The position numbers and the translations under genes are program-made. Below, one piece after another: positions 42,849 through 51,413 of a stretch of 64,000 nucleotides of DNA (position 1 is its first letter; every line of letters begins with the position of its first letter). This stretch comes from Planctomycetota bacterium. Lineage in GTDB: Bacteria; Planctomycetota; PLA2; JAEUHO01. The notes under the pieces were generated by a model. The model was not told where the DNA came from, searched no databases, and saw only the letters and a program-made list of their open reading frames with translations. The DNA lies in the NCBI GenBank assembly GCA_020851795.1, contig JADZCA010000001.1, forward strand, positions 3,661-67,660, written 5' to 3'.

Positions 42849-44960
42849 TCAGCGCAGGCCGGCGGTCGCCGCGTCGAGCTCGTCGAGCGCCCACCGCGCG
42901 GTCGTCGCGACGTCGGACGGGCCTCGCTCGAGGCATCGCACGACGGACGCACGCGCGTCCCCCGCGTACGGCGCGAGACCGACGAGCCCCGCGAGCGCGA
43001 GGTGCACCGTGGGCGCGGGCTCGTCGAGCCCCGCCACGAGGGCCACGACGAGCGCGCTCGCGTCCACGTCGAGCGGCACGTCCACGCTGCGCGTCGGGTC
43101 CCGCCGCCACAGCCCGACGAGCGCGCAGGCCGCGAGCACGCGCACCGTCGGCGGGCGCGAGGGCGCGACGAGGCGCAGGAGCCGAGCAACCTCGCCACGT
43201 CCCTCGTCCGGCCACGTCGACGCGCCCGGGAGCACCGCCAGCGCGGCCCGCTGCGTCGCCACGTCACCGTGCTCCGCGCGATCGAGCAGCAGCGCGAGCC
43301 CCGCGGGGTGCGTGCGCACCGCCGCCGCCGCCTCGGCGCGCACGGCTTCCGAGCGGTCCGAGAGCGCGCGGAGGATCCACGGCCGCGTCGCGTCGTCCGG
43401 CGGCGAGGCCCATCCCGCGACGAGCACGAGCGCTCGAGCGGCCGCCGCCCGGTCCGCCTCCGACGCCGCGCCGTCGTCGAGCACCGAGGCCACGACGCGC
43501 CACGCGACGGGCGCCGTGTCGCGCACCCGCCCGAGCGTCTGCGCCACCAGCAGGGCCCCGCTCGGCGGACCGTCGCCGCCCGCCGCGGAGGCCGGGCGCG
43601 CGACGCGCGTCGTCGCGACCCGCGCGAGCGCCGCCACCCGCGCCGGCGCGTTCGGTCCGCCGCCGGCCGCGGCCCGAGCGACGACGGCGACGGCCGTCGC
43701 CCGGGCGTCGGGCGAGGTGTCGCGGGCGGTCGCGAGCGGGACGCACCGCGCGAGCACCGTCGCGTCGTGCGCGGCGAGCGTCGCGCGCGGGAGGACGTGC
43801 AGCACGGTGGACGACAGGAGGGGCCCCTGCGCCCCGTCGGTCGTCGCGAGCGCCTCGATCAGCGCGTCCGCGCACGCCTCGAGCCGCCGCGTCAGGAGGG
43901 CGTTCACCGGCCGACCCCGGCGCAGCGCCGCGACGAGCGTCGCCGGCGGCGGTGCGCACGCGTCCCCGCAGCGCTCGAGCGCCGCCGCCGCGATCGTCGC
44001 GACGCGATCGTCGTCGTCGAGGAGGCGGTCGGCCACCGCGGCGAGCACGTCGGGCGACGCAGCCGCGAGGGCACCCGCCGCCCGCGTGGCGCTCGCGCGG
44101 ACGTCGAGCGACGGGTGGCCCACGAGCGCGACGAGGCGCCGGCGCGCGTCGGCGGAGCCCGCGGACGCCTCGGCCAGCGCCGTCGCGGCCGCCTCGCGGT
44201 CGGGCGCGCTCGGCAGCGCGGCGCGTTCGGCCAGCGCGGTGACCACTGCCGGGAGGACGGGGCGCGCGCGGCCGAGCGAGCGGACGGCGCCGTCCCGTTC
44301 CGCGCGGTCGGAGGATCGTGCCGCGGCGAGCAACCGGGCCGCGATCGCCTCGTCGCACGGCGCGCCCACGGCGACGAGCGCGGCGGCGGCCGCGGCCTGC
44401 ACCGGTTCGTCGGGGTCGTCGAGCAGCGGACGCACCACGGGCTCGAGCGCGCGGAACGCCGCCCCCCGACGTGCCACGCAGGCCAGGCCGACCCGCCGGT
44501 CGCGGACCGTCGGCGCCGTGGCGAGCCAGCGCGAGGCCACCTCGGCGCTCCCTCGCCCTGCCCACAGCTCGGTGGCGAGCACGGCGCGCGCGAGCTCGCT
44601 CGCCCGCGCGTCGCGCGAGGCGAGGTGGCGCGCGAGCGCGGCCATCCACGGCTCGAGCGAGCGCCCCGCACCGCGCCACGCGAGGAGGAGCGCCTCGATC
44701 CGCGGCATCGTCGGGCCGTCGAGGCGTCGCGCCACCGCCGCGATCGTCTCGTCCGGCCTCCCGAGCAGCGCACGCACGGCACCGTCGGGGTCGCGCCCCG
44801 CCTCGAGGTCGTCGAGCCACTCGTCCACCGTCGGCGAAGGGGCGCGCGGCGCGTCTCCCGCGCACGCCGTTCGCGTCGCCGGCGCGAACGCCCCCGTGAC
44901 GACCCCGCCGACGACGAGCGCCGCGACGACGCTTCGACGGAGGGCGCGGCGCGCGTTCAT
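42849..44960 (-). CDS. HEAT/armadillo-like repeat protein (third gene of the operon)
   Basis: The ATG at 44960 is in frame with track ORF 42849..47366 and forms an ATGA overlap with the upstream gene. The N-terminal hydrophobic segment is SVVAALVVGGVVTGAF. HEAT-type helices recur (DEPVQAAAAAALVAVG, SEAVRAEAAAAV, DVRASATRAAGALA). Confidence 0.7.
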   Translation of the reverse strand: MNARRALRRSVVAALVVGGVVTGAFAPATRTACAGDAPRAPSPTVDEWLDDLEAGRDPDGAVRALLGRPDETIAAVARRLDGPTMPRIEALLLAWRGAGRSLEPWMAALARHLASRDARASELARAVLATELWAGRGSAEVASRWLATAPTVRDRRVGLACVARRGAAFRALEPVVRPLLDDPDEPVQAAAAAALVAVGAPCDEAIAARLLAAARSSDRAERDGAVRSLGRARPVLPAVVTALAERAALPSAPDREAAATALAEASAGSADARRRLVALVGHPSLDVRASATRAAGALAAASPDVLAAVADRLLDDDDRVATIAAAALERCGDACAPPPATLVAALRRGRPVNALLTRRLEACADALIEALATTDGAQGPLLSSTVLHVLPRATLAAHDATVLARCVPLATARDTSPDARATAVAVVARAAAGGGPNAPARVAALARVATTRVARPASAAGGDGPPSGALLVAQTLGRVRDTAPVAWRVVASVLDDGAASEADRAAAARALVLVAGWASPPDDATRPWILRALSDRSEAVRAEAAAAVRTHPAGLALLLDRAEHGDVATQRAALAVLPGASTWPDEGRGEVARLLRLVAPSRPPTVRVLAACALVGLWRRDPTRSVDVPLDVDASALVVALVAGLDEPAPTVHLALAGLVGLAPYAGDARASVVRCLERGPSDVATTARWALDELDAATAGLR

Positions 44961-46267
44961 CTCGACGTCCCCGTCGGCGGCGTCGAGGCGGTCGCGCGGA
45001 TCGCCTCGGCCGCCGCGCGGGCGGCGTCGCGCACGCGTTCGGATCGGTCGGCCCGGGCCGCGGCCTCGAGCGCCGGGAGCGCGGCCTGCGCGGACGCGCC
45101 CAACGCGGCGAGCGCCGCCGTCGCCTCGAGGCGAAGTGCCTCGTCCTCGGCCTCGTCGTGGCGCGCGCGTCCGGCCCGCGGGGCGGCCGTCAACGTCGCG
45201 GCCCACGCCGGGACGGCGCGTGCGCCGTCCGTCCCGGCCCGCCGGAGGGCCTCCGCCGCGGCCTGCCGCACCGCGGGATCGACGTGGCCGAGATCGGCGG
45301 CCCACGCGTCGACGAGGTCCGGCCACGGCGCGAACGCGAGGCTCGCGGCCCGGATCGCGACCGTGCGCAGCCGAGGCTCGTCCGAGCGCAGCGCCCCGAG
45401 GAGCGCGTCCGCGGCCTGCGGCGACGCGGCCGCGGCGCGCGCCCAGCCGGCGGTCGCGACGGCGCGCCGGTCGCGCGCGCTCGTCGGTGCGGCGGAGGCG
45501 AGGCGGCGCAGCGCGGCCCGCACCCGCACGTCGCTCGGTGCGAGCGTCGTCGCGGCGACCAGCGCGTCGTCGTCCGGGTCGTCGGCGACCTCGGCGAAGG
45601 CCGCCGCGACGAGGTCGGCGGTGTCCGTCGCGTCGGCCACGCCGTCGTCGTGCGCCCACGGGAGCAGGCGCATCGCGGCCCGTGCGTTCTCCGTCGCCGC
45701 GCCGCGCGACGGCCCGCGCCGGGGCTCCGTCGCCGGCGCAAGCAGCGGACGCAGCGCGGACGCAGGGACCGACGCCGCCGGGCCGAAGCGCGCGAGCGAG
45801 CGGGCCGCGTCCGCGTAGCCTCGCTCGAGGAGGTGCACGAGCGTCGGCGCGTCGGCGTCCGGCTCCTGGCGGAGCGCGTCGCGGAGCGCGGCGTCCACGA
45901 GCGCGCGGCGCGCCTCGTCCCGGGCGTGGTCGAGCTGGGTCGTGAGCCCTCGAACGGTCCACGGGTCGACGAGCTCGCGCTCGCGCAGGCGTTTCGAGGC
46001 GGCGACGGCGACGGCGTGGTTCGGGTGGCCGAGGGCGGCGACGAGCGCCCGTTCGGTCTCCGCGGGCGTGAACACGTCGAGGGCCGCCGTCGCGACCGCG
46101 GCAGCGCGCGGATCGGCGAGGGTCTCGACCCACCAGCCGAGCGGCCGGTCCGCGTAGGTCGGCTCGGCGGGCGCCACGGGCCCCGCGCCTTCGCCGCCGG
46201 CCGCGGCCGGCGCGGTGCAACCGAACGCGACGAGGCTGAGCACGGCGACGGCGCGGCGGGCGCTCAT
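44957..46267 (-). CDS. HEAT-repeat lipoprotein (second gene of the operon)
   Basis: The ATG at 46267 is in frame with track ORF 44957..46921 and forms an ATGA overlap with the upstream gene. The lipobox is LSLVAFGC. Repeats include DPAVRQAAAEALRRAG and SERVRDAARAAAEAI. Confidence 0.7.
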   Translation of the reverse strand: MSARRAVAVLSLVAFGCTAPAAAGGEGAGPVAPAEPTYADRPLGWWVETLADPRAAAVATAALDVFTPAETERALVAALGHPNHAVAVAASKRLRERELVDPWTVRGLTTQLDHARDEARRALVDAALRDALRQEPDADAPTLVHLLERGYADAARSLARFGPAASVPASALRPLLAPATEPRRGPSRGAATENARAAMRLLPWAHDDGVADATDTADLVAAAFAEVADDPDDDALVAATTLAPSDVRVRAALRRLASAAPTSARDRRAVATAGWARAAAASPQAADALLGALRSDEPRLRTVAIRAASLAFAPWPDLVDAWAADLGHVDPAVRQAAAEALRRAGTDGARAVPAWAATLTAAPRAGRARHDEAEDEALRLEATAALAALGASAQAALPALEAAARADRSERVRDAARAAAEAIRATASTPPTGTSR

Positions 46268-47982
46268 CGGGGGCCCTCGTCGTCGCGGCGCGGCGAGGCC
46301 GCGGGCGTCGCGCGGCGGCGCAGGTGGTCGTGGGCGGCCCGGGCGAGGTCGGGGGCGTCGAGCGTCGAGACGCGCACGAGCGTCGCGCGCGCGCGGTCGG
46401 CCAGCGACGGGTGGTCGAGCCACAGCGAGAAGAGCTCGAGCACGTCGAGGCGCCGGCGTTGGTCGGCCGTCGCGTCGAGGAGCACCGCCTCCGCGGCGTC
46501 GGCGACGGCGACGGCGTCGGGGGCGAGCCAGCCGGGGGGCGGCCCGAGGTCGTGGCGGTCGGTCGCGATCGCGACGAGCGCGGCGACGAGCACGAGCTCG
46601 CCCGAGGTCGTCGGCGTGGACGGGCGTGCGGTGCGCAGGAAGCCCTCGACCGCGCGCGCGACCTGCGTGCGCACGTTCGGCGCGGTGGGACGGTCCGCGA
46701 GCCCCACGACGGTCCGCAGCGCCGTCGTGCGCACGGCGATCGCGCGCGAGGCGTCGGCGAGGACGGGGGCGAGCGTCGCGACCGCGTCGGCCGCGAGGTC
46801 GGGCGGCAGCCCGGCGTCGGCGAGGCCGAGCACGAGCCGGTCGCTTGCCCACGCCCCTCCCGCCCCTCGGATCGCGGCGAGCGCGGCGGCCGGGCGCCGC
46901 TGCGCGACCCGGCGGATCCACGCGTCGAGCTCTCCGACGTCGGCGTCGGCGGCGACGCCGAGGAGGTCCGCGGCGCCCTCGCCGGCGTCGCGCAGCGACG
47001 CGACGGCGGCGTCCACGAGGTCGGCGTCGGTCGAGGCGAGCGCGGCCGCGATCCGACGCGAGAGCTCGGGTCCGCGCCGCGTGGCGCCCGCGAGCGCTCG
47101 GACCGCCGCCCGACGGAGCTCACGGTCGGGGCCGTCCGCCGCGGCGAGCAGGGCCACGAAGGCCTCCGGCGCGCCGGCCGAGGCCGCGGCGAGGCCGCGC
47201 ACGGCGGCCCACCGCGCGTTCGGTGCGTCGCCGCGCACGGCGTCGAGCAGGACGCGCACGACGCGCGGGTCGGCGGGATCGAGGAGCCCGACGGCCTCGA
47301 TCGTCGCCGCGCGCGCCCAGCCGGTCCGCGACGTCGCGAGCGGCAGGAGCTCGTCGGCGTGCGCACGCGTCGTGGCGACGTCGGCGCGCAGCGCGGCGAG
47401 CGCCGCGTCGAAGGACCCGCGGTCGCGCTCGCGGAGGACGCGGATCGCCCACACGACGCGCGACGCCGCGGGCTCGCCCGCCGAGGCGAGCGCCCGGGCG
47501 AGCCCGTCGTGCTCGATCGGGTTCGCGCGCGCCGCGACGGCGCGGAGCGCGTCCGCCTCGGCGACGCTGGCGGCGGGATCGCGCCCGATCAGCGTGGCGA
47601 CCGCGAGGCGGTCGGCGATCGGGCCCGTGCGCAGCAGCGGCGCGAGCCGCGCCGCGTGGCCGGTGGGGGCGGCGTCGGTCTCGCCGAGCAGGCGCGCGAC
47701 CTCGACCACCACCGCGTCGCTGCGGTGCTCGAGCGCGCGGACCAGCGCGGGCACCGCGTCGCGGCCCGACCAGCGGAGCGCCGCCACGGCGACGGCGTGG
47801 CGACGAGGGTGGGGGAGCTCCTCGATCCACCACTCGACGGATTTGCCGGCGAAGCCCGGCGTGGGTGCGACGGCCTCGTCGGCGGCGGCGCGGGCGGCCG
47901 GTGCGGGCGCGTCGAGCGCGCGGGCACGCGACGACGTCACGAGGAGGAGCGCCGCGCCCACGAGAGCCTTCACACCTCGCAT
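46264..47982 (-). CDS. Secreted HEAT-repeat protein (first gene of the operon)
   Basis: The ATG at 47982 is in frame with track ORF 46264..48789. The signal peptide is MRGVKALVGAALLLVTSSRARA. Repeats include DAVPALVRALEH, DRELRRAAVRALAG and NARWAAVRGLAA. Confidence 0.7.
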   Translation of the reverse strand: MRGVKALVGAALLLVTSSRARALDAPAPAARAAADEAVAPTPGFAGKSVEWWIEELPHPRRHAVAVAALRWSGRDAVPALVRALEHRSDAVVVEVARLLGETDAAPTGHAARLAPLLRTGPIADRLAVATLIGRDPAASVAEADALRAVAARANPIEHDGLARALASAGEPAASRVVWAIRVLRERDRGSFDAALAALRADVATTRAHADELLPLATSRTGWARAATIEAVGLLDPADPRVVRVLLDAVRGDAPNARWAAVRGLAAASAGAPEAFVALLAAADGPDRELRRAAVRALAGATRRGPELSRRIAAALASTDADLVDAAVASLRDAGEGAADLLGVAADADVGELDAWIRRVAQRRPAAALAAIRGAGGAWASDRLVLGLADAGLPPDLAADAVATLAPVLADASRAIAVRTTALRTVVGLADRPTAPNVRTQVARAVEGFLRTARPSTPTTSGELVLVAALVAIATDRHDLGPPPGWLAPDAVAVADAAEAVLLDATADQRRRLDVLELFSLWLDHPSLADRARATLVRVSTLDAPDLARAAHDHLRRRATPAASPRRDDEGPR

Positions 47983-48310
47983 GGTCGGCAGTCTACGGCG
48001 CGCGCGCCGCGCCGGGGGCGCGCGTCGCACGAGCGTGCGCGGCGGGCGCGACGCACGCCGCGGGCGAACGCGCGTCGGGAGCGCCTCGGAGCGCGCCCGC
48101 CCGCGTCGCGGCCATCGTGGCGGAGCGGTAGCACCGTGGTCGCGCGGCCACGTCGCGTCGGGGCGCGGTCGGCGCGGTGCGCGTGTCGCGTGCGCAAGTC
48201 GTGACAGGCCAACGGGATCGGAAGGGGCTCCGGAAGGGCACGGGTCGGGCGCACGGATTGCTCTCCCGGTGCGACGGCTCGCAGAGCTCCTGCGAGCCGG
48301 AGGAACTCCG

Positions 48311-50533
48311 ATGGATCGGACACGAATGCCGGTCGCTGCGTTCCGCGTCGTGACGCTGGCGGCGCTCGCCGCGGGCGCGATCGTGACGCCGGTCGCGACG
48401 GCGGGCGACCCGGTCGGCGCGAGCCCGGGCGCGAAGGCGACGGCCCGCGAGTCGGCGCGCGTCGAGCTCGGTCGCCGGCTCTTCTTCGAGCCTCGCGCGA
48501 GCCGGGCCGGCCTGCGGTCGTGCGCCGACTGCCACGACCCCGAGCACGGCTTCTCGGACCGCCGGCGCTTCAGCCTCGACGACCGCGGCCCGACGAAGCG
48601 GCGCAGCCAGTCGCTCGTGGACGGCGCCCTGAATCCCTCGGCGCACTGGGACGGCGCCTTCCGCCGCGTCGCCGACCTCGTCACGGCGCGCACCAACCTG
48701 TCGATGCGCGGCACGGTGAGCCTCGGCCACGAACCGCCCGGGGGCGCCGGCGTCCGCGCGCTCGCGGGCGAGCCGCGCCGCGACGACAAGACGGGCGGGC
48801 TCGCCGACGCACCCGGCTACGACGACCCCGCGGCGAAGGACGGCGCGACGGTCGCGCCGCCCGAGCCCACGGAGGCCAACCCCGAGGGCGACGAGTCGCC
48901 GCAGTCGATGGGCGAGTGCCCGCCGTACACCCGCGAGACGGAGGACGGCTACCGTCAGACGCCGCCCGACGAAGGCGGAGGCGGCTCGGCGGGCGGGCCC
49001 TACCACGCGCCCGCCGCCGAGACCCCGCCGGGCACGCGCGAGCCCGGGGACCCCGCCCCGACCCCGTCGGCTCCGGCGACGACCCCGTCGTCCCCGGCGC
49101 CGGCCACCGGACCGACGTCGAGCGCGCCGTCCGTGCCCGCACCGAGCCCGGGCGGCGCGGCGGGGGCCGCGGGCAAGGCGCCCGACGCGCCCGCGGGGGC
49201 TGACCCGGCCAAGGCCAAGCCCGTCGCGCCGCGCGACGAGGACCCGTTCGCGGGGCCGACCGACGCCGAGGCCATGCCCCGTTTCCTCGACGCGTCGATC
49301 GAGACGGCGTCGCTGCCGCTGGCCGACCAGGCGCTCGAGGCGGCCGGCCGCTACCGCGAGGGCTTCCTCGCCGCGTTCGGCTCGCCGGACCCGACGGTGG
49401 CCAAGATCGCGGAGGCGATCGCCGCCTACTGCGAGTCGCTGCGCTCGGGCACGTCGGCCTACGACCGGTTCGTCGCGGGCGAGAAGTCCGCGCTCTCCGA
49501 GTCGGCACGCCGCGGGATCGAGGTCTTCCAGGGCAAGGCGGGGTGCGTGAGCTGCCACACCATGGGGGCGGGGCGCGCGACCTTCTCCGACTACGAGTTC
49601 CACAACACGGGCGTCGTGTGGGCGTCGATCTACGCGAAGGACGACGCCGCGCGCCTCGACGTCGCCGACCGTCGCTCCGACCTCGGCGCGGGCGAGCTCA
49701 CGGGCCGGCCCAAGCACCGGCGCGCGTTCAAGACGCCGTCGCTGCGCGACGCGGTCCGTCGAGCGCCGTACATGCACGACGGGTCGCTGCGCAACCTCGA
49801 CGCGGTGGTGCGCTTCTACGAGGCAGGGACCACCGACCCCGCCGCCGACCCGAAGCTGACGCGGTTCACGCTGACCTCGGGCGAGCGCGCCGATCTGCTC
49901 GCCTTCCTCCGCTCGCTGACGAGCGAGGATCGTCCGGGCCTCGCGGCCACCGCGTGGCGCGAGCGCAGCGAGGACACGCGCCTCAAGCTGGTGGACGCGG
50001 CCGGGCGCCCGCTCGCCGACACCACCGTCAAGCTCGTCCCCGCGGGCGACCGGCTGCCCGGCGCCGACGCGGCCGACCGCGACGGGTGGTTCGAGCGCAG
50101 CGACGCGTCGGGCGTGATCCGTTACCGCCCGCCGGCGTGGACCCACGTCCGTCTCGTGCTCCCCGACGGCGTCGCGGCGGTGGACGGCGCGCTGGTCCCC
50201 GACACGTGCCGCGAGGCCACCGTGCGGGTGGCGGTGCACGGGCAGGTGCGGCTCGTGCTCACGATGCCCCCGAAGGTGCCGGCACCGGCCACGGTCGTCG
50301 CGGACCACGTGGACGCGAAGGTGTTCCCCGACCTGCGCATGCCGCGCACCGTCTTCCGTCGGATGACGGTCCTCAACGTCGGCGACAAGGAAGTGGCCCT
50401 CTACGTGGCCGCGATGCGCACCGACGTCCCGCCGCGGGTGGCGCTGCGGCTGCCCGTGCGGGTGTGGGGGCTCGACCGCCTGCGCGTGACGCTCGACCCG
50501 AAGGACGAGGTCCGCCTCGATCTCTCGAAGTAG
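48311..50533 (+). CDS. Di-haem cytochrome c peroxidase (CCP/MauG family) with large low-complexity insertion and C-terminal beta-sandwich-like extension
   Basis: The ATG at 48311 is in frame with track ORF 45158..50533, with GGAGGA 6 nt upstream. Haem 1 is SCADCHDPEHGFSD and haem 2 is GCVSCHTMG. Further motifs: FHNTG, FKTPSLRD, APYMHDGS. The protein is 740 aa. Confidence 0.88.
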   Translation: MDRTRMPVAAFRVVTLAALAAGAIVTPVATAGDPVGASPGAKATARESARVELGRRLFFEPRASRAGLRSCADCHDPEHGFSDRRRFSLDDRGPTKRRSQSLVDGALNPSAHWDGAFRRVADLVTARTNLSMRGTVSLGHEPPGGAGVRALAGEPRRDDKTGGLADAPGYDDPAAKDGATVAPPEPTEANPEGDESPQSMGECPPYTRETEDGYRQTPPDEGGGGSAGGPYHAPAAETPPGTREPGDPAPTPSAPATTPSSPAPATGPTSSAPSVPAPSPGGAAGAAGKAPDAPAGADPAKAKPVAPRDEDPFAGPTDAEAMPRFLDASIETASLPLADQALEAAGRYREGFLAAFGSPDPTVAKIAEAIAAYCESLRSGTSAYDRFVAGEKSALSESARRGIEVFQGKAGCVSCHTMGAGRATFSDYEFHNTGVVWASIYAKDDAARLDVADRRSDLGAGELTGRPKHRRAFKTPSLRDAVRRAPYMHDGSLRNLDAVVRFYEAGTTDPAADPKLTRFTLTSGERADLLAFLRSLTSEDRPGLAATAWRERSEDTRLKLVDAAGRPLADTTVKLVPAGDRLPGADAADRDGWFERSDASGVIRYRPPAWTHVRLVLPDGVAAVDGALVPDTCREATVRVAVHGQVRLVLTMPPKVPAPATVVADHVDAKVFPDLRMPRTVFRRMTVLNVGDKEVALYVAAMRTDVPPRVALRLPVRVWGLDRLRVTLDPKDEVRLDLSK

Positions 50534-50651
50534 GCTCCGCACGCGCCCGGGCCTGTGCCGGGCGCGGGGCCCGTGGCGACGGCCGGTCGGCGACGACCGG
50601 CCGTCGCGTGCTTGCGAAACGCGACACGCTCGAGCGCCGCGGGGCCGTGTA

Positions 50652-50704
50652 GCCCGCCGAGTTCACGAGCCGACGAGGTCGGGGCGGCGTCTTGCGCCCG
50701 GGCG
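50652..50704 (+). repeat. Copy of the 52-nt intergenic element (family 2)
   Basis: The copy reads GCCCGCCGAGTTCACGAGCCGACGAGGTCGGGGCGGCGTCTTGCGCCCGGGC and is identical over 52 nt to 50887-50938. Confidence 0.9.
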
Positions 50705-50886
50705 TGGCGCAGGGCCCGTCGGCGATTCGATGCGTCTCGCCACGCGTCGTCCGCTCCTCGGCGTGGTGCCAGAACACGCCGTCGTCGCGTCCGACGCGCG
50801 CCCGGGCGCAATCCGCGAGCCCCGACGGGCGCCCGACGTGCGTTCGGCGCTCGACGGGCCTCGTCTTTCGTGAATTCGGCGGGCCC

Positions 50887-50938
50887 GCCCGCCGAGTTCA
50901 CGAGCCGACGAGGTCGGGGCGGCGTCTTGCGCCCGGGC
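50887..50938 (+). repeat. Copy of the 52-nt intergenic element (family 2)
   Basis: It is identical to 50652-50703. It is preceded by CGTGAATTCGGCGGG (50868-50882), which is inverted to its own CCCGCCGAGTTCACG with one mismatch. Confidence 0.9.
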
Positions 50939-51001
50939 TCGACCGGCGGGTGGGACCGGAATCTCTTCCCGTGGCGGCGGCGGTCGCGTAGGCCTGTGGC
51001 G

Positions 51002-51322
51002 ATGACCGCCCGCGCGATGACTCCCGCTGACGCCAAGACCCGCCTCGGGGCCGCCGACTTCGTGCTCCTCGACGTCCGCGAGCCGAGCGAGCTGCGCCTC
51101 GCACGCATCGACGGCGCGCTCCACATCCCGTTCCGCGCCGTCGCCGCGCGCGCCTCCGAGCTCGACCGCACCAAGGAGATCGCGGTGATCTGCCACCACG
51201 GCGGGCGCAGCGAGATGGTCGCGCAGTTCCTCGTCCGGTCGGGCTTCCCGCGGGTCGCCAACGTGGACGGCGGCATCGACGCCTGGGCGGCGACGGTGGA
51301 CGCGAAGATCCCGCGGTACTGA
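51002..51322 (+). CDS. Rhodanese-like sulfurtransferase domain protein
   Basis: The ATG at 51002 is in frame with track ORF 50555..51322; alternatives are GTG 50996 and ATG 51017. The active-site loop is ICHHGGRSEMVAQFL. Also LLDVREPSE and GGIDAW. Confidence 0.85.
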   Translation: MTARAMTPADAKTRLGAADFVLLDVREPSELRLARIDGALHIPFRAVAARASELDRTKEIAVICHHGGRSEMVAQFLVRSGFPRVANVDGGIDAWAATVDAKIPRY

Positions 51323-51413
51323 CGCGCCGCACGCGCGCGGCCCGCGACGGCCGTGTCCGCGAGCGGTCCACGGTCGCGCGGGCCCCGTGGCCGCCCGTCA
51401 GCGAGACGGGCTC

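Noticed and set aside
50555-51001. A long N-terminal extension of the rhodanese gene (track ORF 50555..51322).
   Set aside because: The extension runs through the two 52-nt repeat copies and is Arg/Ala/Pro-rich. The rhodanese domain is complete from the ATG at 51002.
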